A stretch of DNA of 21,858 bases from Deltaproteobacteria bacterium (GTDB taxonomy: Bacteria; Desulfobacterota; Binatia; UBA12015). The DNA lies in contig JAYGCM010000090.1 of NCBI GenBank assembly GCA_046583355.1, forward strand, positions 1-21,858. The letters are read 5' to 3'. Below the pieces are notes generated by a model. That model was not told the origin of the DNA. It did not search any database and saw nothing but the letters and a program-made list of their open reading frames with translations. Position numbers and translations under genes: made by a program. Positions 1 through 8,203 of the stretch are shown here, in pieces; the first letter of the stretch is position 1; the number at the start of each line of letters is the position of its first letter.

Positions 1-84
1 CACGTTTGGCTCGATCTGGTAGGCGGGGTCCTCTCCCTGTCGCTGCTGCTGGTGATCGAGCGCTGGCGCAACCGCCGGAGCTGA
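1..84 (+). CDS. 3' end of a CDS running in from upstream; hydrophobic C-terminal helix followed by a basic tail (membrane protein, possibly VanZ-like)
   Basis: Frame 1 reads HVWLDLVGGVLSLSLLLVIERWRNRRS* with TGA at 82-84. A TM-like segment is followed by an Arg-rich tail. Too short to assign a family. Confidence 0.5.
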   Translation, partial: HVWLDLVGGVLSLSLLLVIERWRNRRS

Positions 85-134
85 GCGACGCGGCAATTCG
101 GATATGATGCCGGCGCGCAACCCGGGAGCCCCGC

Positions 135-1790
135 GTGAACGCCGCCCTGCTCGCCCTGATCGTTTTCGTCGCCTTCATCATCGGCTACCGCACCTACTCG
201 AAGTTCCTCGCCGAGAAGATCTTCGCGCTGCGCGACGACGAACTCGTGCCGGCCGAAGAGTTCGCCGACGGGGTGGATTTTGTTGCGACCGAACGTCGGG
301 TGCTGCTCGGGCACCATTATACGTCGATTGCCGGTGCCGCACCGATTGTGGGTCCGGCTCTGGCGGTGGTCTGGGGCTGGTTGCCGGCGCTGGTCTGGGT
401 CTGCGTCGGGACGATCTTCATGGGCGCGGTGCATGATTTCGCAGCCCTCGTGATCAGCCTGCGCCATAAGGGTCGTTCGATCGGAGAGATTGCCGGCGGC
501 GTGCTCAGTCCGCGTATCCGCTTGCTCGCGCTGGTGGTGATCTCGCTTTTGATCTGGATCGTGCTGGCGGTTTTCGCCTTCATCATCGCGACCCTTTTTC
601 GCAGCTACCCGAGTGCGATCTTCCCGATCAATGTGCAGATCGTGCTGGCACTCGGGCTCGGATGGCTGGTGCGCCGGCGCGGGATCGGCATCTTTGGTCC
701 CTCGCTGGTGATTTACGTCTTCCTGCTGATCTCCATTTTCATGGGCGATGCTTTCGTCGCGGCGTTTCCCGCCATAGCCGAGCTTTCGGTCACGAGCTGG
801 GTCTGGATCCTGCTGATCTATTGTTTCATTGCCTCGGTGCTCCCGGTCTGGCTCCTGCTGCAACCCCGCGACCTGCTCAACGCGCATCAGTTGGTGACGG
901 CGCTCGTGCTGCTCACGGCTGGCCTGGTGGTGCTGCGCCCAGAGGTGCAGGCGCCCGCGCTCAACCTCTCGCCTGAAGGTGCCCCGCCGATCTTTCCGTT
1001 TCTCTTCATCACCATCGCCTGTGGCGCGATTTCTGGCTTCCACGGCTTGGTGGCCTCCGGCACGACGTCCAAGCAAATCCAGCGCATGAGCGACGCTCGG
1101 CCGATCGGCTTCGGCGGCATGCTGGGCGAGGGCGCGCTCGGCCTGCTCGCGGTATTGGCCACCACCGCGGGCTTCTCGTCGCGCGAAGCCTGGGACCTGC
1201 ATTATTCCAGCTGGGGCGCGGCGCAGGGCCTGTCGGCGAAGCTCGGCGCCTTTGTCGGCGGCGGTGCGAATTTCCTCGGTGCGCTGGGAATCCCGGGCGA
1301 CGCGGCGCAAACCTTCATGGCCGTCGTCGTGATCGCCTTTGCCGCGACTTCCCTCGATACCGGCGCACGCATTCAGCGCCTCGTGATCTCGGAGCTGGGC
1401 GCGACTTATGGTGTGCGCCCTCTGGAGAACCGATATTTTGCCGGGGCCATCGGTATCGGTCTGGCGCTTTTGCTCGCGCTGACCCAGGCCGACGGCAAGG
1501 GCGGCATGATCCTCTGGCCGCTTTTCGGCACTACCAATCAGTTGCTTGCAGGGATCACGCTTCTGCTGGTTTCGGTCTGGCTGCGGCGCCAGGGCAAGCC
1601 GACGATCTACACCCTCCTGCCTCTGCTCTTCGTCGGTTTGGTGACGGTCCTGGCGATGGTCGCTGAGATCGCGAATTATTGGACGGAGGGCCGTACCCTG
1701 TTGTTGGGGATGGGGGTGGCGATCTTGATCTGCGACCTCTGGATTCTCGGGGAAGGGTTGGTGATCTATCGTGCGGCCGCCAAGGATTGA
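135..1790 (+). CDS. cstA: Carbon starvation protein A family transporter (peptide/pyruvate uptake, CstA/BtsT family)
   Basis: 551 aa polytopic membrane protein with family motifs DGVDFV, GHHYTSIAGAAPIVGP, GAVHDF, LPVWLLLQPRD, FITIACGAISGFHGLVASGTTSKQ, GFGGMLGEG, TSLDTGARI, LWPLFGTTNQLLA. GGGAG RBS at 124-128 precedes the GTG. Confidence 0.95.
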   Translation: MNAALLALIVFVAFIIGYRTYSKFLAEKIFALRDDELVPAEEFADGVDFVATERRVLLGHHYTSIAGAAPIVGPALAVVWGWLPALVWVCVGTIFMGAVHDFAALVISLRHKGRSIGEIAGGVLSPRIRLLALVVISLLIWIVLAVFAFIIATLFRSYPSAIFPINVQIVLALGLGWLVRRRGIGIFGPSLVIYVFLLISIFMGDAFVAAFPAIAELSVTSWVWILLIYCFIASVLPVWLLLQPRDLLNAHQLVTALVLLTAGLVVLRPEVQAPALNLSPEGAPPIFPFLFITIACGAISGFHGLVASGTTSKQIQRMSDARPIGFGGMLGEGALGLLAVLATTAGFSSREAWDLHYSSWGAAQGLSAKLGAFVGGGANFLGALGIPGDAAQTFMAVVVIAFAATSLDTGARIQRLVISELGATYGVRPLENRYFAGAIGIGLALLLALTQADGKGGMILWPLFGTTNQLLAGITLLLVSVWLRRQGKPTIYTLLPLLFVGLVTVLAMVAEIANYWTEGRTLLLGMGVAILICDLWILGEGLVIYRAAAKD

Positions 1791-1836
1791 CGGCGAAGCT
1801 CGCGCCTGGCGTCCGGGAGCCGATGGTATCGCATGC

Positions 1837-3297
1837 TTGCGGGCGTTCTCTTGCGCACGAGCGCTGTTTTTCCTGGTCGCATTGCTGCTGGTGCCTGTGG
1901 CGGCTTCGCCCGCAGCGCAAAAAGAAGTGCGCATCGATGGCTCATTTGAGGATTGGCAGAAGCCCTTCGCCGCGCAGGCCGATGGTGAGTTTATTTATCT
2001 GCGCTTTACTCTGCCACGCAAGATGACCTTGCAAGGCAACGACGTGCCCGTCCGCCTGCTGCTCGATGTGGATGCCGACGTCTCGACCGGGCGGCGCTAC
2101 CCCGATACTCCCGAAGGCATTGGCCCGGAGGTCTTCGTTACCTTCTCGCCGCAGCGCACCCGCGGCCGACGCGGCAGTGGCGTCGGCGTGCGTGTCGTGC
2201 GCGCGGGAGGAAAGAAGGATTTCCGGCCGCCGGCGGCGGCATTCGAGTTGGTCTTTGCGCCGACCACGGCGGCGCGTAGCTTCGAGGTGCGAATCGCCCG
2301 TACGATAAAGGGGCGGGCCGCCCTGAGCGAGGCACTCGACGAGGGCCAAGTCCGCATGGCGGTCGTCGTGCCGGCCGGCGGTGTTGGTCGGGAATGGAAC
2401 TCCGGTGTGATCTCGCTTGCCTTGCCACCGCGTGCGCGCGTGCGCCCGCGGCTCGATGCGCTTCCTGCGCGCGACCCCGCGGGGCTGCGTGTGGTTTCGT
2501 GGAATGTCCTCTTCGGCCGCCCGCGCTCACAGCCCGAGGGCTTTGCACGCGTGCTGCAGGCCCTCGCACCTGACATCATCCTGGTCCAGGAATGGGATCA
2601 GGTTGACGCCGCCACGCTGGCCGCTTGGTTTGATAAATACGTTCCGGCAGCGGCACCTTGGCATGCCATGACGGGATCGGGTTGGGGCGTGGGCATCGTG
2701 TCGCGCACGCCGCTTGCGCGCCTGAGTGCGGCGCTGCTCGCGCGGCCCGACGAAGCCCCGGCCGACGATTTTCGCCCCGATGAGGCCCTCCGCCTGGTTT
2801 CGGCACGGACCGAGACGCGGCTCGGTTCGGTCGCTCTGGCCTCGGTGCATCTGCGTTGTTGCGGCCATGATGGCAGTTGGCAGGACGAGGCACGGGTGGC
2901 CGAAGCTGGCGCGATTGCGCGCCATCTGGGCGCGGTTTTCGCTCCCACCGACGGACTCCGTGTGATCGGTGGTGACCTGAATCTTGTTGGTTCGCGGCGT
3001 CCCCTGCAGGTGCTCGCGCGTGGACTCGGTGTCGCCGGCGGCGACCTTCGAGCGGTGGACTCCCCGCTGCTCGGCGAGCGTGCGGATTATTCCTGGCGCA
3101 ACCCGCGCTCGCCCTTCACGCCAGGGCGGCTGGATTGGGTGTTGCACGGAGGCCCGGACCGGATTGCCGCGACGGCCTTTCTCTTCGACTCGCAGCGCCT
3201 CTCTGCCGCTGGGCGCCGCGCTACGGGCATCCAGGCCGGCGATACAGACCAAAGCGATCACCTGCCCTTGGTGGTCGATTTCCGGACGATCGAGTAG
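1837..3297 (+). CDS. Secreted endonuclease/exonuclease/phosphatase (EEP) family protein with an N-terminal DOMON/CBM9-like beta domain
   Basis: EEP motifs VVSWNV, ILVQE, SVHL, IGGDLN, RLDWV, SDHLPLVVD. Signal-peptide-like LFFLVALLLVPVAASPAA. N-domain IDGSFEDW...ADGEFIYLRF...LLLDVDADVSTG. The ORF is open from 1771; the TTG at 1837 is my preferred start (uncertain). Confidence 0.85.
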   Translation: MRAFSCARALFFLVALLLVPVAASPAAQKEVRIDGSFEDWQKPFAAQADGEFIYLRFTLPRKMTLQGNDVPVRLLLDVDADVSTGRRYPDTPEGIGPEVFVTFSPQRTRGRRGSGVGVRVVRAGGKKDFRPPAAAFELVFAPTTAARSFEVRIARTIKGRAALSEALDEGQVRMAVVVPAGGVGREWNSGVISLALPPRARVRPRLDALPARDPAGLRVVSWNVLFGRPRSQPEGFARVLQALAPDIILVQEWDQVDAATLAAWFDKYVPAAAPWHAMTGSGWGVGIVSRTPLARLSAALLARPDEAPADDFRPDEALRLVSARTETRLGSVALASVHLRCCGHDGSWQDEARVAEAGAIARHLGAVFAPTDGLRVIGGDLNLVGSRRPLQVLARGLGVAGGDLRAVDSPLLGERADYSWRNPRSPFTPGRLDWVLHGGPDRIAATAFLFDSQRLSAAGRRATGIQAGDTDQSDHLPLVVDFRTIE

Positions 3298-3299
3298 CC

Positions 3300-4103
3300 T
3301 CAGACCAGGCGGCGGCCGACGATGCCGGCAAAGCGGCGCACGATGCTGCGCGGCACGATATCGGCAATCGTTGCCGTGACGCGGTTGCCCAGCCCGGGGA
3401 TGCGCACGGCTTCGCCCGCCATGCAGGCGTCAAAGCCCTCTTGCGCGACGGTGGCCGGGTCGTTGGCGAGGCTTTCGGGTAGGAGTCGGGCGATTGTCTT
3501 CGAGGCCTGCCGGGCACCGGCCAGAAGATTGGTTTTGACGGGGCCGGGCGCCAGTACGGTTACGCTGACTCCTGTGCCGGCCAGCTCTTCGGCCAGCCCT
3601 TCGCTCAGCATGAGAAGGTAGGCCTTGGTCGCCGCATAGGTGCTGAGGCTCGGCATGGCCTGGAAGGCCGCGGTCGAGGCGACGTTCAGGATGCGGCCAC
3701 GGTCGCGTGCGACCATGCCGGGCAAAAAGCGGTGGCAGAGTGCGGTCGGGGCGACAGCATTGAGTTGCACCTCGCCGAGAATGGTCGCCTCACTCAATTC
3801 ATGAAAGCGCCCGACGTCCATTACGCCAGCGTTGTTGACCAGAATACTGACATCGAAGCGCCGCTCGTCGAGCTCTTGGGCGATCTCGAAGGGTGCCTGC
3901 GGGTCGAGCAGGTCGTGCGGCAGGACGTGGACACGCGGGCCGCCGCGACGGCGCAACTCCTCGGCCAACTCTTCGAGCCGGCCGCGGCTGCGCGCCACCA
4001 GCGCCAGGTCGTGGCCGTGTGCGGCAAAGACCCGCGCAAGCTCGCGCCCGATTCCTTCCGAGGCGCCCGTGATCAGGGTGATTTCGCGACGATCGTCGGC
4101 CAT
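3300..4103 (-). CDS. Short-chain dehydrogenase/reductase (classical SDR, DltE-like, probably NADP(H)-dependent)
   Basis: ITGASEGIG (TGxxxGIG), LVARS (basic residue typical of NADP preference), LVNNAG, NVASTA, catalytic YAATK, LAPGPVKT. Confidence 0.93.
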   Translation of the reverse strand: MADDRREITLITGASEGIGRELARVFAAHGHDLALVARSRGRLEELAEELRRRGGPRVHVLPHDLLDPQAPFEIAQELDERRFDVSILVNNAGVMDVGRFHELSEATILGEVQLNAVAPTALCHRFLPGMVARDRGRILNVASTAAFQAMPSLSTYAATKAYLLMLSEGLAEELAGTGVSVTVLAPGPVKTNLLAGARQASKTIARLLPESLANDPATVAQEGFDACMAGEAVRIPGLGNRVTATIADIVPRSIVRRFAGIVGRRLV

Positions 4104-4198
4104 GGCCCGACCCTACCGCGTCTTGCCGCAGGCCGCATACTACGCGCGCCGGCCTGCTTCGTCTGGCGCTGGGGCTCTTTCCGGCATAGGAAGAGCGC

Positions 4199-5671
4199 AT
4201 GTTTCTCGGTATCGATGTGGGGACCTCAGCGGTGAAGGTATTGTTGGTGGACGCCGACGAGCAGGTGCAGGCCGAGGCGGCAGCACCGCTTGTGGTCTCG
4301 CGGCCGCAGCCGTTGCATTCTGAGCAGGATCCGGAAGATTGGTGGCGCGCCACCGAGGCGGCCATCGCGCAGATCCGCGCGCAGGCACCGGCTGAGCTTC
4401 TGGCGACTCGCGCCATTGGCCTCTCGGGTCAGATGCATGGCGCGACCTTGCTCGATGCCGACGAGCGCGTGTTGCGGCCGGCCATTCTCTGGAATGATGG
4501 ACGCAGCGCGGCCGAATGCAGCGAGCTACTCGAGCGGGAGCCGCGCATGTCCGAGATCACCGGCAACCTGGCGTTTCCGGGCTTCACTGCGCCGAAACTG
4601 CTCTGGGTCCAGCGCCATGAGCCGGAGATCGCCGCGCGTGTCCGTCGGGTGCTTTTGCCGAAAGATTATCTTCGACTGCGCATGACGGGCGAGGCGGTGA
4701 CGGATCAGGCGGACGCCGCCGGTACGCTCTGGCTCAATGTCGGCCAGCGGCGCTGGTCGCCGGAGATGCTCGCTGCAACCGGGCTCGACGAATCCGTGAT
4801 GCCGCGTTTGGTCGAAGGTAACGAGATCAGTGGCGAATTGCGCCCGGCCGTGGCGCGGGCGTGGGGCCTGAGTCCGGGGGTTCTCGTTGCCGGCGGGGCA
4901 GGGGATAACGCCGCGGGTGCGATCGGTGCGGGCGTCGTGCGGCCGGGCGAGGCGCTGCTCTCGCTGGGTACCTCCGGGGTCTACCTTTTAGCCGGTGACC
5001 ATTTCGCGCCGAATCCCACGTCGGCCTCGCATGCCTTCTGCCATGCCTTGCCTGGGCGATGGGTGCAGACGGCCGTGCTGCTTTCCGCAGCGAGTTGTCT
5101 CGCGTGGGTTGCGCATGCGACAGGTGGTGCGGGCGAGGGCGAGCTCATTGAGGCGGCCGCGGCCAACGATCACGACCCGCATCTGCTCTTCCTGCCCTAT
5201 CTCTCGGGCGAGCGTACGCCGTGGAATGACCCCGGGCTGCGGGGTGCCTTTGTTGGAATCTCGCATGCGACGACGCGCGAGGATCTGGTGCGCAGTGTGC
5301 TTGAGGGTGTTGCCTTTGCCTTTGCCGATGGTCAGGACGCGCTACTCGCCGGAGGCGGGCATGTGGATTCAATTCTGGTCTCGGGCGGCGGCGCGCGGAG
5401 TCTTTTCTGGGGCCGGATTCTAGCCAGCGCGCTCGGCCGTGAATTGCTCTACCCCCAAGGTGCGGAGATGGGCCCGAGCCTCGGCGCGGCGCGCCTGGCG
5501 CGGCTGGCAATGACTGGCGAACCCCCTGAAGAAGTTTGCCGCGCCCCGGAAATCGAGGCGCGGGTCGCTCCGGATCCGGAGCTTGTCGAGCGCTACGCTG
5601 GCCGGCGCGTGCTCCAGCGTGAGGCTTTGGACGGGCTGCGTGCACCATTTCATGCTTTGACGAATACCTGA
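4199..5671 (+). CDS. xylB: Xylulokinase (FGGY family carbohydrate kinase)
   Basis: MFLGIDVGTSAVK, IGLSGQMHGATLLD, RPAILWNDGRS, PGFTAPKLLWV, LLPKDYLRLRMTG, GAGDNAAGAIG, SLGTSGV, HAFCHALP, FLPYLSGERTP, VLEGVAF, GGGARS all match proteobacterial XylB. Confidence 0.92.
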   Translation: MFLGIDVGTSAVKVLLVDADEQVQAEAAAPLVVSRPQPLHSEQDPEDWWRATEAAIAQIRAQAPAELLATRAIGLSGQMHGATLLDADERVLRPAILWNDGRSAAECSELLEREPRMSEITGNLAFPGFTAPKLLWVQRHEPEIAARVRRVLLPKDYLRLRMTGEAVTDQADAAGTLWLNVGQRRWSPEMLAATGLDESVMPRLVEGNEISGELRPAVARAWGLSPGVLVAGGAGDNAAGAIGAGVVRPGEALLSLGTSGVYLLAGDHFAPNPTSASHAFCHALPGRWVQTAVLLSAASCLAWVAHATGGAGEGELIEAAAANDHDPHLLFLPYLSGERTPWNDPGLRGAFVGISHATTREDLVRSVLEGVAFAFADGQDALLAGGGHVDSILVSGGGARSLFWGRILASALGRELLYPQGAEMGPSLGAARLARLAMTGEPPEEVCRAPEIEARVAPDPELVERYAGRRVLQREALDGLRAPFHALTNT

Positions 5672-6417
5672 TGGCGATGGAATACGCGCTACTCGCCGGC
5701 GTCGGTCTCTTCGCCGGCTTCATGAATACTCTGGCTGGCGGTGGCTCCTTGCTCACGCTGCCGGCTCTGATGTTGCTCGGGTTGCCAGCAGATATCGCCA
5801 ACGGCACCAACCGGGTCGCGGTGCTCGCCCAATCGATCGCCAGTACGACCTTCTTTGACCGCGAAGGCCATTTCGACCGCCGCGGGTTCTTCCCGCTGCT
5901 GCTGCCCTCGTTGCTCGGCGCGTTGGTCGGGGCGACACTGGCGGCGCGGCTGCCGGCCGATCTGCTGCGACCGATTCTTCTATTGGCGATGACTCTGATC
6001 GCCCTGGTTCTTCTGCTTGCGCCGCAGGTATTGGCGCCCCCGAAGCATACCGCCGAAGCACGGCCACCGGGCGTGCGCGGCTTCCTGCTTTTCTTTGCGA
6101 TCGGCATGTACGGCGGCTTCGCCCAAGCAGGTGTCGGGATCTTCTTGCTCGCGGGCCTGGGTGGCCTATTGCGTTATGATTTGGTCACGGCCAACGCTTT
6201 GAAGAGCGCGTTGGCAGCGGCCTTCACCGGGCTTGCCCTGGTGATTTTCCTGGTCGCCGATCTGGTGCAATGGATCCCCGGCTTGGTACTGGCGGCCGGC
6301 ATGGTGGCCGGTGCGCGGATCGCCGTCCTCTTCGCTATGCGCAGCGATAGCGAGGCGCTGCGGCGTGTCGTTTTGGTGCTCGTATTGTTGAGCTGCGGCG
6401 CCGCATGGTGGCGCTGA
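5671..6417 (+). CDS. Sulfite exporter TauE/SafE (TSUP) family membrane protein
   Basis: AGFMNTLAGGGSLLTLPAL, ANGTNRV, GMYGGFAQAGVG, ANALK. 248 aa with about 8 hydrophobic segments. Start overlaps the xylB stop (TGATG); alternative ATG at 5677. Confidence 0.9.
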   Translation: MAMEYALLAGVGLFAGFMNTLAGGGSLLTLPALMLLGLPADIANGTNRVAVLAQSIASTTFFDREGHFDRRGFFPLLLPSLLGALVGATLAARLPADLLRPILLLAMTLIALVLLLAPQVLAPPKHTAEARPPGVRGFLLFFAIGMYGGFAQAGVGIFLLAGLGGLLRYDLVTANALKSALAAAFTGLALVIFLVADLVQWIPGLVLAAGMVAGARIAVLFAMRSDSEALRRVVLVLVLLSCGAAWWR

Positions 6418-6522
6418 GACGCGCGCGACGGTCAGCGCCAGTGGGCTCGAGTTTTTGTGGCGTTCGGTCGAGGCTGCTATTTTGTCGGGAGAATGGTGTT
6501 GCTGCGGGGTGGGAAGGTGGGC

Positions 6523-7266
6523 GTGTTGCGGGATTTCCAGACAGGATGGGTAGTGGCTTTGGTTCTTCTCGCCGCAGCTCCGGTGCATGCCGAGGAGGCA
6601 GCGAGGGTAGAGATCGCTCCGGTTGAGATACCGGTGCCGGCGGCAGAGGCGCTGGCTGTTGGGTCGGCGGAGTTACCGGCGGCCGCGTTGGTCGCCAATC
6701 TCGTGGCCGCGCCAACCCCGAACCTTGCGGCGATAGCTGTCGTCGAGGGGTTCAATGCCACGCTGATCGACCTTCTGCGTCGCTCGGGCGAGCTCGACCA
6801 TGCCGGCCGTGTCGCCCAACTCGCGCCGGTGCTCGCGGCCAGCTTCGATCTGGATTTCATGGCGCAGAAAGTTCTCGGGCGGCGCTGGCGCGGTCTGAGC
6901 CCGGAGGAGCAGGCCATCTGGGCCAGGAGTTTCACCGGCCTCATGACAGCAAATTATGCTGGCCGCTTTGTCGGTTGGGCCGACCAGAGCTTCACGACGC
7001 TCGATGCGAAAGAGGCTTCGCATGGCACGCTGCTGGTACGCACCCGCCTGGTGGTACCGGATGTCGAGACCGTGGCTCTCGACTATCGCCTCAAGGACGG
7101 CCCCGATGGTTGGCAAATCATAGATTGCTTCCTCAACGGCACCGTCAGCGAACTGGCGCTGCGCCGCTCCGAATACTCCGGGGTGCTCAAGCGCGCCGGT
7201 TTCAAAGCCTTGATTGCAGCGGTCGACGCCAAGCGCGTCGAGCTCGCCACCGCCACAACGCCTTGA
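6523..7266 (+). CDS. hpnM: MlaC/Ttg2D-family periplasmic lipid-binding protein, HpnM-like (hopanoid-associated)
   Basis: Signal peptide WVVALVLLAAAPVHA, then an Ala/Pro/Glu linker, then RVAQLAPVLAASFDLDFMAQKVLGRRW, NYAGRF, LDYRL, WQIIDCFLNGTVSELALRRSEY. The SELALRRSEY ending and hpnN adjacency favour HpnM over generic MlaC. ORF open from 6457; start uncertain (6493/6517/6523). Confidence 0.8.
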   Translation: MLRDFQTGWVVALVLLAAAPVHAEEAARVEIAPVEIPVPAAEALAVGSAELPAAALVANLVAAPTPNLAAIAVVEGFNATLIDLLRRSGELDHAGRVAQLAPVLAASFDLDFMAQKVLGRRWRGLSPEEQAIWARSFTGLMTANYAGRFVGWADQSFTTLDAKEASHGTLLVRTRLVVPDVETVALDYRLKDGPDGWQIIDCFLNGTVSELALRRSEYSGVLKRAGFKALIAAVDAKRVELATATTP

Positions 7267-7270
7267 GGTT

Positions 7271-8098
7271 TTAGCGGTGGCTTTCGCGGCGATGCCAGAT
7301 TAGGGCTTCGCGGGATTGGCCGTAGGCGTTGCGTAGGGACGAATAGAAATCGATCGAGGAATCTTCCAGCGCGTCGATCGAGCGGGCGTGCTGCTCGCGC
7401 AGGGCGATGCCGTGGCCGGTGCCCTGAACGGTTGAATAAACCAGATAGTCGGACGGGCCGAGCAGCCAGAAGGTGGGTCGGAGAAAGAGATCGACGATCA
7501 ATCCGGTCGAGTCGCGCAGGTTGTTCGGGCCCATCACGGGGAGCACCAGGTAGGGGCCGGAGGGGATACCGGCTAGCGCCAGGGTCTGGCCAAAATCCGA
7601 ATTGTGGCCGCCGATATCAAAGACGGCGCCGGCGGGGTCGAAGAGGCCGGCGACTCCGAAGGTCGTATTGAGCAGAAAGCGCGAGAAGGTGATCGCCGCG
7701 TCGTCCCACTCACGTTGTAATAAATCGTTGACGAAGGTGGCCGGCTCGCCGAGGTTCTCGAAGAAACTCAGCACCGAGAGCTTGGCGCGGTTGGGAATTT
7801 TCTCAGCGTAGGCCTCGGTGAGGGGCCGTAGTACCCAATAGTCCAGGTCGCGGTTGAAGTCGTGCGTGCGGCGGTTGGCATTTTCCCAGGGGTCGGCGAA
7901 GGCGTCGCCGCCGATGAAGTCCTCGTCGTCCCATTCTTCGTCAAAGAGTGGGTCGTAGGGCTCGGCTGCGCTGGACGCCGGTGGCGGAGCTTGGGCTGCC
8001 GCCGCCTCGGTCGCCGCCGCTGGCGCTACAGCCATTTGGCAGCCGAGCGCGAGGACAGCGCACGCTCCCAGGGACTCCCGTATGCCTCTGCGCAGCAC
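7271..8098 (-). CDS. mlaA: MlaA/VacJ family outer-membrane lipoprotein
   Basis: Lipobox LALGC. DPWENANRRTHDFN, FFENLGEP, RFLLNTTFGVAGLFDPA, DFGQTLA, GPYLVLPVMGPNNLRD, DFYSSLRNAY are hallmark VacJ motifs. Confidence 0.93.
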   Translation of the reverse strand: MLRRGIRESLGACAVLALGCQMAVAPAAATEAAAAQAPPPASSAAEPYDPLFDEEWDDEDFIGGDAFADPWENANRRTHDFNRDLDYWVLRPLTEAYAEKIPNRAKLSVLSFFENLGEPATFVNDLLQREWDDAAITFSRFLLNTTFGVAGLFDPAGAVFDIGGHNSDFGQTLALAGIPSGPYLVLPVMGPNNLRDSTGLIVDLFLRPTFWLLGPSDYLVYSTVQGTGHGIALREQHARSIDALEDSSIDFYSSLRNAYGQSREALIWHRRESHR

Positions 8099-8203
8099 GC
8101 CCCGAGCCTACGCGAGAGCGGTTCCGGATTCCACCGCCTGGAGGCCCTGCTTTTCGGCCGGACGTGGCGGCAACCTCTTTTGCGTCTGCTACGTTCTGCC
8201 TCG

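Noticed and set aside
3300..5671. Divergent SDR as a pentitol dehydrogenase feeding XylB
   Set aside because: The SDR looks like the DltE/ketoacyl-steroid type (LVARS, AFQAMP, YAATK), not a polyol dehydrogenase. Nothing beyond adjacency supports the link.
7862..8203. N-terminal 114-aa extension of the 999-aa HpnN ORF
   Set aside because: It overlaps mlaA on the opposite strand and reads as antisense-derived sequence. The GTG at 8204 gives a normal-sized HpnN with TM1 near the N-terminus.
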